A program made the translations under genes and the position numbers. Under the pieces are notes generated by a model. That model searched no databases and was not told where the DNA came from. It saw only the letters and a list, made by a program, of their open reading frames with translations. Source: Desulfatiglandales bacterium (GTDB taxonomy: Bacteria > Desulfobacterota > DSM-4660 > Desulfatiglandales > HGW-15). Taken from it: a stretch of 64,000 nucleotides of DNA. Numbering within the stretch: position 1 is the first letter of the stretch; every line of letters begins with the position of its first letter. The stretch is taken from contig CAXXJJ010000004.1 in NCBI GenBank assembly GCA_963667015.2, forward strand, positions 3,424,001 through 3,488,000, in the 5' to 3' direction. Shown here piece by piece: positions 1-10,214 of the stretch.

Positions 1-2
1 AA

Positions 3-281
3 CGTACATGGGGCGGGGTCATCGGGATCTCAGACCATGGACCCCTGCTTGATGGCGGACAGGTTTACGTCCCGCAAAACAGTACTAATGATAACAATGG
101 CAACTGGATCATCGAGGGTCATGGCGTTGCCCCCGACATTGAAATTGAAAATGATCCGGCGTCAATACTTGAAGGCCGCGATCCTCAGCTTGAACGGGGA
201 GTGAAGGAGGTTCTGAAAAAGATGGCAGAAAAACCCATGAAACTGCCGCCCCGACCTGCTGACCCGGTTAAGACAAGGTAG
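3..281 (+). CDS. C-terminal fragment of tricorn-like S41 protease (5' part outside window)
   Basis: Manual translation [25 protein letters not shown]...[18 protein letters not shown]...DPQLERGV...*; RTWGG and GVxPDI..DPQLE are typical of the tricorn C-terminus. Not in ORF track (no start in window). Confidence 0.85.
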   Translation, partial: RTWGGVIGISDHGPLLDGGQVYVPQNSTNDNNGNWIIEGHGVAPDIEIENDPASILEGRDPQLERGVKEVLKKMAEKPMKLPPRPADPVKTR

Positions 282-299
282 GTTAATTCCACAGGAAAT

Positions 300-806
300 G
301 TGACAATGCATGATATGAAGTTGAGAATAGTAAAGGCGGAGCGGGAGCATCTCCCCAGGGTTGTGGAACTGATGAAAGGGCTTGCCGAGTTTGAAAAACT
401 ACTCGACCAATTCAGTGTCACTACGGATCTGCTGGAGCGCTATCTCTTCGGTGACGCAGCAGTGGCAGAACTGCTCATTGGGTATATTGAGGATGATATA
501 TGCGGGTATGCTCTTTTCTTCCACAATTTTTCCACTTTTCTGGGCCGTCCCGGAATCTATCTGGAGGATGTCTATGTTGAACCTGATGCCCGGGGAATGG
601 GCCTGGGTAAGGCACTCCTGCTTGAGGTTCTCCGGACAGCCCGGAAAAGAGGATGCGCAAGATGCGAATGGATCGTGCTTGACTGGAATGAAAGGGCGAA
701 AAAGTTTTATGAATCCATGGGGGCCAGACCCCTTGGCGACTGGATACTGTATCGTATGGATGAAGCAGGTCTGAAGAGGCTGCTGGAAAAAGAATCCGGT
801 AAATGA
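300..806 (+). CDS. GNAT N-acetyltransferase (spermidine/diamine acetyltransferase-like)
   Basis: FSTFLGRPGIYLEDVYV, RGMGLG acetyl-CoA motif, VLDWNERA..FY. Confidence 0.9.
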   Translation: MTMHDMKLRIVKAEREHLPRVVELMKGLAEFEKLLDQFSVTTDLLERYLFGDAAVAELLIGYIEDDICGYALFFHNFSTFLGRPGIYLEDVYVEPDARGMGLGKALLLEVLRTARKRGCARCEWIVLDWNERAKKFYESMGARPLGDWILYRMDEAGLKRLLEKESGK

Positions 807-824
807 TCATTTACAAATGATCAT

Positions 825-1670
825 TTACATTTCATCAAATCCAACTTCTTCAAAGGAAGGCTTGTTTTTCAATGTGAAGATTGCATCCGGGATATCCTTG
901 TTAAAGACAACCTTCTTTCTTTTAATGATCAGATCCTTCTTACCTCTGACATCTTTAACAACCGTTTTTACGGCATAGTCGATATCGCCTGTTTTCAGGA
1001 AGTCGTTGAATTTCATATTAAATGAACGGGGGGGAGATTCTGCAGCCTCAATAATTCCTTCTCCCGGAGAAAAGGTTATTGTTCCAAGTCTGTTATTTTT
1101 TCGGTCTTCAATATTCACTACTCCCGGTTTGCCCTCGTATGCATGGTCATAGGAGATAAAACCGGGGTATCCCCTTAAAAATGACCAGATCATATCAGGC
1201 GACCAGTCCATGTCCGGTAAAAATATCGAAAGGCTGCCAGGAGAAAACCTGCCTGTATACTGTTTTTTTTCTCGAAAATCCCTGATTACAAGCCTGTCTT
1301 CCTTTATCAGGATATATAAAAGCGGCGTTCCCCAGGAATGAGAAATCTCCATCTTGAACATTAAAGGATCCCTGTTCGCGGCAATAAAAATGTCTACGGA
1401 TGTATCCAATATCCAGCCGTTTATTGTCAGAGTTCCGGTAGAATAAAACCCGGAGACAATATCATTCTGTTTCTTTATATTTTGAATAATATTTTCAACA
1501 TCATCTTCGGTTAAGAAAAGCCGGGATTCCTGGCGGGGTGAAAAAAAAGTGCATCCATTAAGAATGAGAATGAACAGAATGATCTGAATCAGTATGAGGT
1601 ATCTTAAAGAGGAGAAGGGATGAATATTCTTGCTGCAGTGATATATACTGTGTTTAATCTTTTCGGGCAT
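825..1670 (-). CDS. Lipoprotein, LolB/DUF4292-like
   Basis: Hydrophobic stretch plus LNGC lipobox, beta-rich body, directly downstream of TPR gene; true start may be downstream of 1670. Confidence 0.6.
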   Translation of the reverse strand: MPEKIKHSIYHCSKNIHPFSSLRYLILIQIILFILILNGCTFFSPRQESRLFLTEDDVENIIQNIKKQNDIVSGFYSTGTLTINGWILDTSVDIFIAANRDPLMFKMEISHSWGTPLLYILIKEDRLVIRDFREKKQYTGRFSPGSLSIFLPDMDWSPDMIWSFLRGYPGFISYDHAYEGKPGVVNIEDRKNNRLGTITFSPGEGIIEAAESPPRSFNMKFNDFLKTGDIDYAVKTVVKDVRGKKDLIIKRKKVVFNKDIPDAIFTLKNKPSFEEVGFDEM

Positions 1671-1675
1671 GTATA

Positions 1676-3526
1676 TTATTCCAGCAGTCTCTTCACTTCT
1701 TCTATTTTCTTAAGGATCTTATCTGAAGACTGATGGTTCAGGGACAGAGCCTTCTCATACATCTCCAGAGACTCTTTATACCGGTTTACCTTTAAATAAA
1801 CGTCACCCAGATGTTCGGCTATTGTGGGGTCTTCCTCAGAAACAAGAGAGAATGCCTTCTTTAAAGAGTCCAGTGCATTATCATAATTACCCTGCCGAAA
1901 ATATACCCATCCAAGGCTGTCTATATAATATCCGTTATCAGGTTTGATCTTTAGAGCCCTCTGTATAAGTTCCAGCGCTTCATCAAGATTATCTCCATTT
2001 TCGGCATAGGTATAGCCTATGTAGTTCAATGCATCGGCATGATTGGGATCGAGTTCAAGGATCTTCTTCATCTGGGTAATTAATCCTTCCCTGTCCCCTT
2101 CCTTCTCCAGAAGCACTCCGAGGCGGAATAAAAGCTCGACATTGTTACTGTCGACCTTCAGACCCTTATCTATTATCTCCCGGGCCCGGACATTATCTTC
2201 ATTTGATTCATAGATGGAGGACAGAAGTGTGTAAAGATCCATCTCATCTCTTTTATATTCAATGCCCTGCCTGATAGTATTTATTGACTCATCAAGCCTG
2301 CCCATTTTATTCAGCAGATAGGCTATATGAATCCTTGAATTGATATAAAATTCAAAGTTTTCATTTATCATTCGAAAATGATAGAGTGCCTCCTCGGCCT
2401 GATTGTTCTGTTCATAGGCCATAGCCAGATAATATCTGGATTTCTGATCTCCGGGCCAGGCTGACACTATCATGTCAAGTTCCTGAATGGATTCTGTGAG
2501 TTTACCCTTCTGGAGGTAATAAAGCCCCAGAGCCTGCCTGCCGGGATCGCCCGGTGTGGAATTCCGGGTTATCTGGTCCATCATTGACGCGATGTCATCT
2601 TTTTTACCGAGCAGTTCATAAATCCCGATAAGCCGGTCCCTTGCCATTCTGTTCATAGGATAGATATCCAGGAACTTCTTATAGGATTCTGCAGCCTGTT
2701 CCAGTTTTCCCTGCATATAATATAGTTCTGCAAGATCAAAAAGGGCCGGTTCCATTGCATCATTAGCTGACAGAACAAGATTGAGCTCCTTTTCGGCCAG
2801 GTCATATTTTTTCATTGCCTGGTAAATCTTGCCTTTGTAATAATGCGCATAGAACAATTCAGGATTTTCTTCTGTCAGGATATCCAGCTGCTCCAGGGCC
2901 TCATCAAACATTTCGGCCCGGGCCAGGGCAGTGGAAAACATCATTCGAACCCGCTGGTTGTCAGGCTCAAGATTCAGTATTTCTTTATACTGTGTAATGG
3001 CGGAACTGTTATCACCTTTTATGCTGTACAGTTCGGCAAGCAGTGCCTTTGTGCCAATGTCATCAGGATTGATCTGCAGGCTCTCTTCCGCATATTTTAA
3101 GGCCAGATCCGGTTTTCTTATTTCATTAAGGAGAAGGGCCATCCTTTTTTTCAGGTAAGCAGAGTCCGGATCATAGGCCATTACCTTTTCCAGATTTGCG
3201 ATGGCCTCTCTGAAATTCCCGTTTGAAATATTAACGGTCGAAAGCATGTAATTGATATATGACTGCTGTTTTTCATCGGGTGTTACCATTGCAGCCGGAG
3301 CGAATTCAAGATCAAAAATTTCAGGCTCGACTTGAATCATTTGAGCTTCAGAAGATGAATCCACGACAGGTTCAGCTGAATGATCTGCTTCTGTCGGTTT
3401 GACATACCTGTTGCCTGCACAGGCGAATGAACCAAGAAATAAAAAAAAGGACAGGATGGCAGCGGGTATGACAGACAGGAAAAAACCGTTTGTTTTATTT
3501 TTCATTTTAATATTCATGTAATACAA
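1676..3526 (-). CDS. Exported tetratricopeptide-repeat protein
   Basis: Signal peptide; many TPRs; conserved C-terminal ALNYIGY...YYIDSLGWVYF...IAEHLGDVY. Confidence 0.9.
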   Translation of the reverse strand: MYYMNIKMKNKTNGFFLSVIPAAILSFFLFLGSFACAGNRYVKPTEADHSAEPVVDSSSEAQMIQVEPEIFDLEFAPAAMVTPDEKQQSYINYMLSTVNISNGNFREAIANLEKVMAYDPDSAYLKKRMALLLNEIRKPDLALKYAEESLQINPDDIGTKALLAELYSIKGDNSSAITQYKEILNLEPDNQRVRMMFSTALARAEMFDEALEQLDILTEENPELFYAHYYKGKIYQAMKKYDLAEKELNLVLSANDAMEPALFDLAELYYMQGKLEQAAESYKKFLDIYPMNRMARDRLIGIYELLGKKDDIASMMDQITRNSTPGDPGRQALGLYYLQKGKLTESIQELDMIVSAWPGDQKSRYYLAMAYEQNNQAEEALYHFRMINENFEFYINSRIHIAYLLNKMGRLDESINTIRQGIEYKRDEMDLYTLLSSIYESNEDNVRAREIIDKGLKVDSNNVELLFRLGVLLEKEGDREGLITQMKKILELDPNHADALNYIGYTYAENGDNLDEALELIQRALKIKPDNGYYIDSLGWVYFRQGNYDNALDSLKKAFSLVSEEDPTIAEHLGDVYLKVNRYKESLEMYEKALSLNHQSSDKILKKIEEVKRLLE

Positions 3527-3529
3527 ACC

Positions 3530-4471
3530 CTATTTAATAAAATCAGAGTATTCTTCATCAAAATCGGGAATCTCCTCCGACAGCCATTTTTTTATATTAT
3601 TTACAATCCTCGCCTGTATCTGGCGGACCCTTTCCCTGGAGATATTATATTTGTCTCCGAGTTCCTGTAGTGTCAAAGGGCTATCTGACATTATCCTGCT
3701 TTCAAAAATATCAAGCTCTTTTCCCTTGAGGGTCTTTTTGTACTCTTCAAGCTTATCAAGAAGTACCGTGCGCCCCTGTCTCTCGGAAATCTGATCATCT
3801 ATATCAGTTCTGTCATCAGGCAAAAAGGAGCTGAATTCCTCTTTTCCCCCATCCCCTACAGGTGCATTTATGCTTACCTCTCCGCCACCCAGCCGCTGGG
3901 TCATTTCTTCAATATCAGTTTCCTTTACATTAAGTCGTTCGGCCAGCAGTTTGGTTTCAGGCGTGATCCCTTCAGCTATGAGTTTTTCTCTTTCCTTTGC
4001 AAGGTTATAAAACAGCTTTCTCTGTGTTTGGGTTGTCCCTATTTTTACAAGCTTCCAGTTTTTCATGATAAAGGACAGCATGTAGGCCTTGATCCAGTAT
4101 GATGAGTAGTAGGAAAATTTAATCCCCCTGTAGGGATCAAATTTTTTTACTGCCTGGATAAGGCCCAGGTTTCCCTCCTGTATCAGATCAAGCAGGCTCT
4201 TTGTCCAGTACCTGTGAAAATCCATTGCTATTTTAACGACGAGCCTCAGGTTGGAGGTAATCAGACGATAAGCGGCTTCTTCGTCATTGTACTCCTTGAC
4301 CCTTATTGCCAGTTCTGTTTCCTCTTCCTTTGTGAGCAGGTTATATTTTTTGATTTCGTAGAGGTAGAGTTGAAGGGGATCATAGGGGACAAGTGCTCTT
4401 TCCTCGCTCGGCATTATAATGTCCATTTCGAGATTTTCTTCTACTTCCTGTCCGTTTTTCTCCTGAGTCAT
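3530..4471 (-). CDS. rpoH: RNA polymerase sigma-32 family factor
   Basis: NLRLVVKIA, DLIQEGNLGL, RpoH box QRKLFYNL, region 4 TLQELG..ISRERVRQI. Confidence 0.88.
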   Translation of the reverse strand: MTQEKNGQEVEENLEMDIIMPSEERALVPYDPLQLYLYEIKKYNLLTKEEETELAIRVKEYNDEEAAYRLITSNLRLVVKIAMDFHRYWTKSLLDLIQEGNLGLIQAVKKFDPYRGIKFSYYSSYWIKAYMLSFIMKNWKLVKIGTTQTQRKLFYNLAKEREKLIAEGITPETKLLAERLNVKETDIEEMTQRLGGGEVSINAPVGDGGKEEFSSFLPDDRTDIDDQISERQGRTVLLDKLEEYKKTLKGKELDIFESRIMSDSPLTLQELGDKYNISRERVRQIQARIVNNIKKWLSEEIPDFDEEYSDFIK

Positions 4472-4567
4472 ATTTTTATATCCTTATTTAACTCATCATA
4501 TGATCTTAATACATATGTCAGTCTTATTTCAATCAGGCCCGGCGCATGATTAAAATCTCATATAATT

Positions 4568-5797
4568 TTAAGTAACTGAAATTTTCATGTAACGTTTCTT
4601 TCCTGCCCTCAGGAGCATGACACCATCTTTCCCGCTTTTCAGATCAATAACCTGGTCAAAGACATCGATCTTTTCATTGTTAATATATCCGCCGCCCTGC
4701 GTAAGGAGCCTTCGTGCATCCGATCTTGTTTTACACAGGCCGGATTGTTCAAATAATATGAATGCAGGAATCCCTTTTTCAAGCTCTGCCTTATCCATAC
4801 AGTATTCAGGTACGGAATCCGACATCCCCTGGTTACCGCTTCCAAAGAGCTTTTTTGCTGCAGCCCTTGCCTTTTCGGCCTCTTCCTCACCGTGACATAC
4901 CTTTGTGGCTTCATAGGCCAGCACTTCCTTTGCATATCTGATGTCAGCACCTTCAAGGCTTGAAAGTTCCTGAACTTCCTCAACCGGAAGGAATGTAAAA
5001 AGCAGAAGAAATCTCTCCACATCATTATCGTCCTGGTTAATCCAGTACTGATAGTAGTCATAGGGACTGGTCAGTTCAGGGTCAAGCCATACTGCACCTT
5101 TATGGGTTTTTCCCATCTTGATGCCTGATGAAGTAGTGATGAGGGGGAAAGTTATACAATGTGCTACATCTCTTTCAAGGCGCCTTATCAAATCGGTCCC
5201 TGCAATAATATTGCCCCATTGATCGCTGCCGCCCATCTGCAGTCTGCAGTCATAATTTTTAAACAGATGCCAGAAGTCATAGGACTGAAGGAGCATATAA
5301 TTGAATTCTATAAAGCTGAGCCCTGTTTCAAGTCTCATCTTATAGCTTTCTGCGGTAAGCATCCGGTTTACACTGAAATGCCTGCCGAAATCCCTCAGGA
5401 AATCAATATAGTTGAGCGTTGTAAGCCAGTCGGCATTGTTGACCATAAGGGCTTTATCGTTTTCAAAATCAAGAAAACGGGAAAGCTGTTTTTTTATACA
5501 CTCTGCATTCTGATTAATCTGCTCCCTTGTCATTACAGGTCGCATCTCCGTCTTGCCGCTTGGATCTCCAACAAGGGTTGTTCCGCCACCCACAACTGCG
5601 ATCGGCCTGTGCCCTGCCCTCTGCATCTGAGCCAGTGACATGATAGGAACAAGGCTGCCCACGTGCAGACTGCTTGCTGTCGGGTCAAAGCCTATATAGC
5701 ACGTAGTCTGTGTCTTAAATAGTTCTTTAAGCGCATCTTCATCGGTATGCTGTTCGATGAAGCCTCTCTCTTTGTAGATATCAAAAATGTCTTTCAC
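4568..5797 (-). CDS. tyrS: Tyrosine--tRNA ligase
   Basis: YIGFDPTASSLHVG (HIGH-like), QMGGSDQWGN, KMGKT (KMSKS-like), C-terminal S4 domain LRAGKK. Confidence 0.97.
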   Translation of the reverse strand: MKDIFDIYKERGFIEQHTDEDALKELFKTQTTCYIGFDPTASSLHVGSLVPIMSLAQMQRAGHRPIAVVGGGTTLVGDPSGKTEMRPVMTREQINQNAECIKKQLSRFLDFENDKALMVNNADWLTTLNYIDFLRDFGRHFSVNRMLTAESYKMRLETGLSFIEFNYMLLQSYDFWHLFKNYDCRLQMGGSDQWGNIIAGTDLIRRLERDVAHCITFPLITTSSGIKMGKTHKGAVWLDPELTSPYDYYQYWINQDDNDVERFLLLFTFLPVEEVQELSSLEGADIRYAKEVLAYEATKVCHGEEEAEKARAAAKKLFGSGNQGMSDSVPEYCMDKAELEKGIPAFILFEQSGLCKTRSDARRLLTQGGGYINNEKIDVFDQVIDLKSGKDGVMLLRAGKKRYMKISVT

Positions 5798-5799
5798 TT

Positions 5800-6837
5800 T
5801 TACTCTTCTTCCCAGTTAGTTTCAAAATCTTCAGGAAAATGCAGCGTTTTTACCCTGCCTGCACGCCCGATATTGTTAAATGTCTCTCCATTAAATATAA
5901 ATTCAATCCCTGCCGCATTCCCTACTGTCACTTCAAACCCTCTTTCAGCTTTCCAGTCGGGGTTGGCTCCTGCCTGAAAGATAAATTCCTTTGGCGGATT
6001 GTCATCAACTATTATTTTTACATATGTCCTTTCAAGCAGCTTAGCCGAAAGTGTCATCAACTGCGCCGGGGGGGCATCGGAAACTTCTTCAGATGCAGGC
6101 GCTTCTTCCTCATAAGCTGATAAATAGGGCTCTTCTTCCGGGGTACTCTCTTCCTCCTGAACAGTTTCCCGGGCGTTTTCTACCGGAGTGTTTTCTATCT
6201 CCAGCTCTTCAGTTTTATTCTCCTGTATCTGCGGAGAAGCTACTTCAGGGATTGCTCTCTTTTCAGGTTCAGGAAGGACTTTTTTCTGATCCTCTGATTC
6301 CCTGGCCTCTGATTCCTTAACTTCACCGGCTGAAGCGGGCGCGATCGATTGTTCCTGCTCGGGAAGACCTGCTGGACCGGTTTCTTCAGGGGACACAGAA
6401 GTCTCTGTAACAGCCTGGGCAGGCTGAATATCATCCTCAACCTTATCCTTTACAGTAAACAGATATGCCGCTACTGCCAGAATTACCAGGATCGGGATAG
6501 CGTAATACACTGCCCTGCTTTTTTTTCTGCTGCATGTAAGAGGGACAGGAGAATCTTCGCCTTTGGATGGCGCGCTTTTATCAAAAAGCCTCAAGGCCTT
6601 TTTAGTATCATATCCTATGGAAATCGTGTAGGAGCGGATAAAGCCTTTAATAAAAACCCTGGCAGGGAGTTTATCCCATTCCTCGTTTTCAAGGGCATCA
6701 ATAACGTGCTCCCTGACCTTTATATCTTCTGCCAGGCGGCTCTTTGATATTCCTTTTTTTTCTCTTTCAGTCCTCAGGAGATCGCCAATGCTGACTTCTT
6801 CCTGAGGGGTGCTTTCAGGGTCGTTATCTTTATTCAT
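5800..6837 (-). CDS. rodZ: RodZ-like cytoskeleton protein (HTH, TM, DUF4115)
   Basis: IGDLLRTERE..ALENE..LP..FIKGFIRSY, single TM, acidic linker, VGNAAGI C-terminal motif. Confidence 0.85.
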   Translation of the reverse strand: MNKDNDPESTPQEEVSIGDLLRTEREKKGISKSRLAEDIKVREHVIDALENEEWDKLPARVFIKGFIRSYTISIGYDTKKALRLFDKSAPSKGEDSPVPLTCSRKKSRAVYYAIPILVILAVAAYLFTVKDKVEDDIQPAQAVTETSVSPEETGPAGLPEQEQSIAPASAGEVKESEARESEDQKKVLPEPEKRAIPEVASPQIQENKTEELEIENTPVENARETVQEEESTPEEEPYLSAYEEEAPASEEVSDAPPAQLMTLSAKLLERTYVKIIVDDNPPKEFIFQAGANPDWKAERGFEVTVGNAAGIEFIFNGETFNNIGRAGRVKTLHFPEDFETNWEEE

Positions 6838-6889
6838 CTAAATTAACTTTCGTAAAGGGTTTCAAAGTACAAAGGTTCAGTTTGCGCTG

Positions 6890-7840
6890 CTATAGTATTT
6901 TTTTAATATAACTGTTTTCCTTTAATTTTGATATATACTCATTATAGCGCTCTTCCATTTCTTTATTATAAAGCAGTTCAGAGATATTCGCCTTCACCTC
7001 TTCAAGGGGAGTCCATTCGGTTGGAGTCATTTTTATCAGCTTGATAATCTGAAGCCTGTTCCCCATGTCAATCAATGAGCTTACCTCACCGTCCTTAAGA
7101 GAGTTGATAACTCCCAGTATTTTAGGATCAACATCAGTAAGAGTTATCTCCCCGAGGTCTCCCCCTTCTGCTGCTCCGGGACCATTTGAAAATTCACGGG
7201 CAAGGTCAGAAAAATCTTCACCTTTTTTCAGTTTTGCCAGGATTTCTTTTCCCTTTTTCTCCAGTTCAGCAGACTGTTCCGAAGAGACCGGGACAAGGAA
7301 TATACTTGCTATATGGGCTTTCCCCGGTTTTCTAAACTCATCTTTATGGGATTCATAATACTCCATCACCTTTTCTTCACTTATAACTGTCTTCTCAACT
7401 ATTTCCGAGTCAATAAGGTTGCGACGCCCCAGTTCATCCCTTAATCTCCTGCGAAACTTTTCATAGGTTATACCTTCCTTTTCAAGCTCGGTGAGGAGCT
7501 CTTCCTGGGTTATCTTGTTACGTTCCTTAAGACCTTCAATATAACTGTCTACCTGTTCATTGGTAGCTGTAAGTTCCAGCTCTTTTATTTTTTCCTTTTC
7601 AAGCCTTTCAACGATCATCATATCAAGAAGTTGATCCCTGACAGTGAAGAATTCCTCCTCGTTTAATTCCTGCAGTTCTTCACTGGTTTTTCCTGTTCTT
7701 GCTTCAATTTCGTTATTCAGTTCATAGAGGGTTATTAAATCATCGTTTACATAGGCAACAACCCTGTTATTGGTTTCTGCATATACTTCAGGAACCAGTA
7801 GAAAAAAAATGATAAGTATTGCGGAAATAAAAATTCTCAT
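6890..7840 (-). CDS. surA: SurA-type peptidyl-prolyl isomerase
   Basis: NRVVAYVNDDLIT SurA N-terminus, parvulin FSDLAREFS..GGDLG; start reassigned to MRIFIS at 7840 (ATGA overlap with upstream gene, signal peptide). Confidence 0.85.
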   Translation of the reverse strand: MRIFISAILIIFFLLVPEVYAETNNRVVAYVNDDLITLYELNNEIEARTGKTSEELQELNEEEFFTVRDQLLDMMIVERLEKEKIKELELTATNEQVDSYIEGLKERNKITQEELLTELEKEGITYEKFRRRLRDELGRRNLIDSEIVEKTVISEEKVMEYYESHKDEFRKPGKAHIASIFLVPVSSEQSAELEKKGKEILAKLKKGEDFSDLAREFSNGPGAAEGGDLGEITLTDVDPKILGVINSLKDGEVSSLIDMGNRLQIIKLIKMTPTEWTPLEEVKANISELLYNKEMEERYNEYISKLKENSYIKKIL

Positions 7841-8796
7841 TGCGCCCCATCCTCCATATCCATGTCGGCAAGTATTTGGCTTTCCTTGACACTCACAGGA
7901 AACTCCTTCTTCAGGCCATCCAGCCATTTTTTAAACATTAATTCCCTTTTTTCCATAGATATTTTCTGTTCTATTTCTCTTACGGCCTCAGGGAACTCTT
8001 TTATGCCTTCGTCCTTTATATCTATAACTTTAAACACATGAAAACCATAGGGAGATTCAAGTATTTTGCTGATTTCTCCCTCCTTGAGGGAAAAAATAAA
8101 TTTGTCTATGGTTTCGTCGAGCTGTCCTTCCGAGACCCACCCGAGCATTCCTTCATCTTCTGCTTCAGGTGCGGCGGAGTATTCCTTTGCAAGTTCACGT
8201 ATGCTGCTTCCATTATTTATCAGGTCAAGGACAGTTTCCATTTCCTCTTTCGTTTTGGTGACAATCTGTCTTACCTGAACCATGCGGGGATGCCTGAATT
8301 CTTCCAGGTGTTTTTCATAATAATCTTTAGTTTCCTCAAAAGTTACACTAACGGAGCTGCCCACAATAGTATTGACAATTTTTTTAATAAGAAGTTCTTC
8401 GCCAAGATCTTTTTCCCACTCGCTGTAATCAATGTATCTTTCTAAAAGTATTTCTTTGAAAACATCGTCAGGATAATCCTGGCGTAATATTTTCACAGCG
8501 GATTCCAGCTCTTCAGGCGATACTGTTACTCCATTTTTTCGGCCGTATTCCAGTATCAGTTTTTTTTCAACTATCTTATTTAAAATCGACTTTATACCGG
8601 TCTTGACATCATTATCTGTTATTCCCATATCAAATATGACGCGTTCTATTTCTTTATGAACCTCTTTTCTGTTGAGGGACGTATCCCCGATGATCATTAC
8701 TGCCTCTTCTTCAGGCTTTTCAATGAGATTGCAAGAATAAGTCCATAGAAGAAATATTATCAGTAAAAAAATAAAAATTCGATACCGTTTAGACAC
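7837..8796 (-). CDS. PpiC/parvulin-type peptidyl-prolyl isomerase (lipoprotein)
   Basis: Signal peptide with Cys, LAKEYS..GMLGW, ESPYGFHVFKV. Confidence 0.88.
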   Translation of the reverse strand: MSKRYRIFIFLLIIFLLWTYSCNLIEKPEEEAVMIIGDTSLNRKEVHKEIERVIFDMGITDNDVKTGIKSILNKIVEKKLILEYGRKNGVTVSPEELESAVKILRQDYPDDVFKEILLERYIDYSEWEKDLGEELLIKKIVNTIVGSSVSVTFEETKDYYEKHLEEFRHPRMVQVRQIVTKTKEEMETVLDLINNGSSIRELAKEYSAAPEAEDEGMLGWVSEGQLDETIDKFIFSLKEGEISKILESPYGFHVFKVIDIKDEGIKEFPEAVREIEQKISMEKRELMFKKWLDGLKKEFPVSVKESQILADMDMEDGAQ

Positions 8797-9163
8797 TTTG
8801 TCCTTCCAACAGGTTGATTTCCCCTAACTGCTTAAAATACCCGGAAATTTATGAACTTAATAGACTAACAGCTCAGTAAAAAAATGCAAGAAATAAATTG
8901 CTTCAGGTTGAAATGACAAGATATTCATTTTGTTAAATAAATGACTAAATACAATTGATTCTTCAGCGTATTTATATTATTGATATCTATACCTTGATAC
9001 TGGGGATTTTCTGTTCATCAATATTCAAATTCGGATCTTTTCTGTGGCTATTTTAACCAATGATAGGCTGTTTTCGCTATTATATTTTAGCAAATATCGG
9101 ACCAGTTTTTCCCTGCTGCTTGTAACTTATTGAATAAACACAATAATTACCCTCAAGGGCTTT

Positions 9164-9180
9164 TCGGCATAATATATGCT
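9164..9180 (+). promoter_or_regulatory. Putative sigma-54 (-24/-12) promoter of the ABC-RND operon
   Basis: TCGGCATAATATATGCT has GG-N10-GC spacing; IHF-like site (TAACTTATTGAAT, one mismatch to consensus) at 9123-9135. Confidence 0.5.
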
Positions 9181-9281
9181 AATACTGACTTAGATAACCT
9201 CGCCTTATTAAAAATAATTTTCAGGGAATTTTTTCGTTAAATTAACCGTATTTATAATAAAGAGTAGTAAGGAGTGACCCT

Positions 9282-10214
9282 ATGAACGGCAGAGAGAATA
9301 GCTTATCTATCAATATCAACAAGGTGCGACATGTTTATAAGGCAGGAAATGTTGCTATAAACGGTATTAACCTTGAAATTTCGACCGGTTTGTTCGGGTT
9401 GCTTGGCCCGAACGGGGCTGGAAAAAGTACACTTATGCGAATTATCTGCACTCTTCTCGTTCCTACAGAGGGGCATGTTACTGTCGGGGGATTCGATGTC
9501 GTAAAGGAGCGCAGGCAGGCAAGGAGACTCCTTGGCTATCTTCCTCAGGAATTTAACGCCTGGCGGCTCCAGCGGGTTGAAGAGGTTCTGGATACCCTTG
9601 CGACACTTTCAGGCATGGAAAACAGTTCAGAAAGAAAACAGCGGGTCATTGAGATACTCGAGTCAGTCGGCCTTGGAGATGTTGCAGGACGAAAGGTAAA
9701 AAAACTCTCGGGAGGTATGGTCAGAAGGCTCGGAGTGGCCCAGGCCCTCATACATGATCCTAAGATATTGATAGTGGATGAACCTACTGTCGGCCTGGAC
9801 CCTGAAGAACGGATACATTTTCGTCAGTTGATGGCAAAACTCGGAAAGGACCGGATAATTGTCCTTTCAACACATATAGTAGGGGATCTGGGCGCAGGAT
9901 GCCATGACCTGGCATTAATCGATCATGGAAAGGTTGAGTTCAGGGGAAGCCCTGAAACCCTTATAGAACAGGCCAAAGGTATTGTTTTTGAGATTACCCT
10001 CGCCGAGGGAGATAGAGCCATTCCTGAGGGAGATTTCGAGGTGGTTTCTCAGGAGCAGAGACTGAAAAGAACAGTCATAAGAGCCGTAGCTAAGGATGGA
10101 ACAATACCCGGGGGAGCGGTTCCGGCAGACAATCCTACCCTTGAGGAGGCTTACCTGGCCTTTATGTCTGTCCTAACCAGGAAGAAAGGCTATTCGCAAG
10201 GGGAGGCAGAATAA
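9282..10214 (+). CDS. ABC transporter ATP-binding protein
   Basis: Walker A GPNGAGKS, LSGGM signature, Walker B ILIVDEP, STH switch; RBS AAGGAG. Confidence 0.95.
   Translation: MNGRENSLSININKVRHVYKAGNVAINGINLEISTGLFGLLGPNGAGKSTLMRIICTLLVPTEGHVTVGGFDVVKERRQARRLLGYLPQEFNAWRLQRVEEVLDTLATLSGMENSSERKQRVIEILESVGLGDVAGRKVKKLSGGMVRRLGVAQALIHDPKILIVDEPTVGLDPEERIHFRQLMAKLGKDRIIVLSTHIVGDLGAGCHDLALIDHGKVEFRGSPETLIEQAKGIVFEITLAEGDRAIPEGDFEVVSQEQRLKRTVIRAVAKDGTIPGGAVPADNPTLEEAYLAFMSVLTRKKGYSQGEAE

Noticed and set aside
6060..6430. Acidic Glu/Pro-rich low-complexity stretch in rodZ
   Set aside because: Normal disordered periplasmic linker of RodZ
7841..7927. Cys-containing N-terminal extension of SurA in the ORF track
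   Set aside because: Overlaps the upstream gene; the ATG at 7840 gives a normal signal peptide
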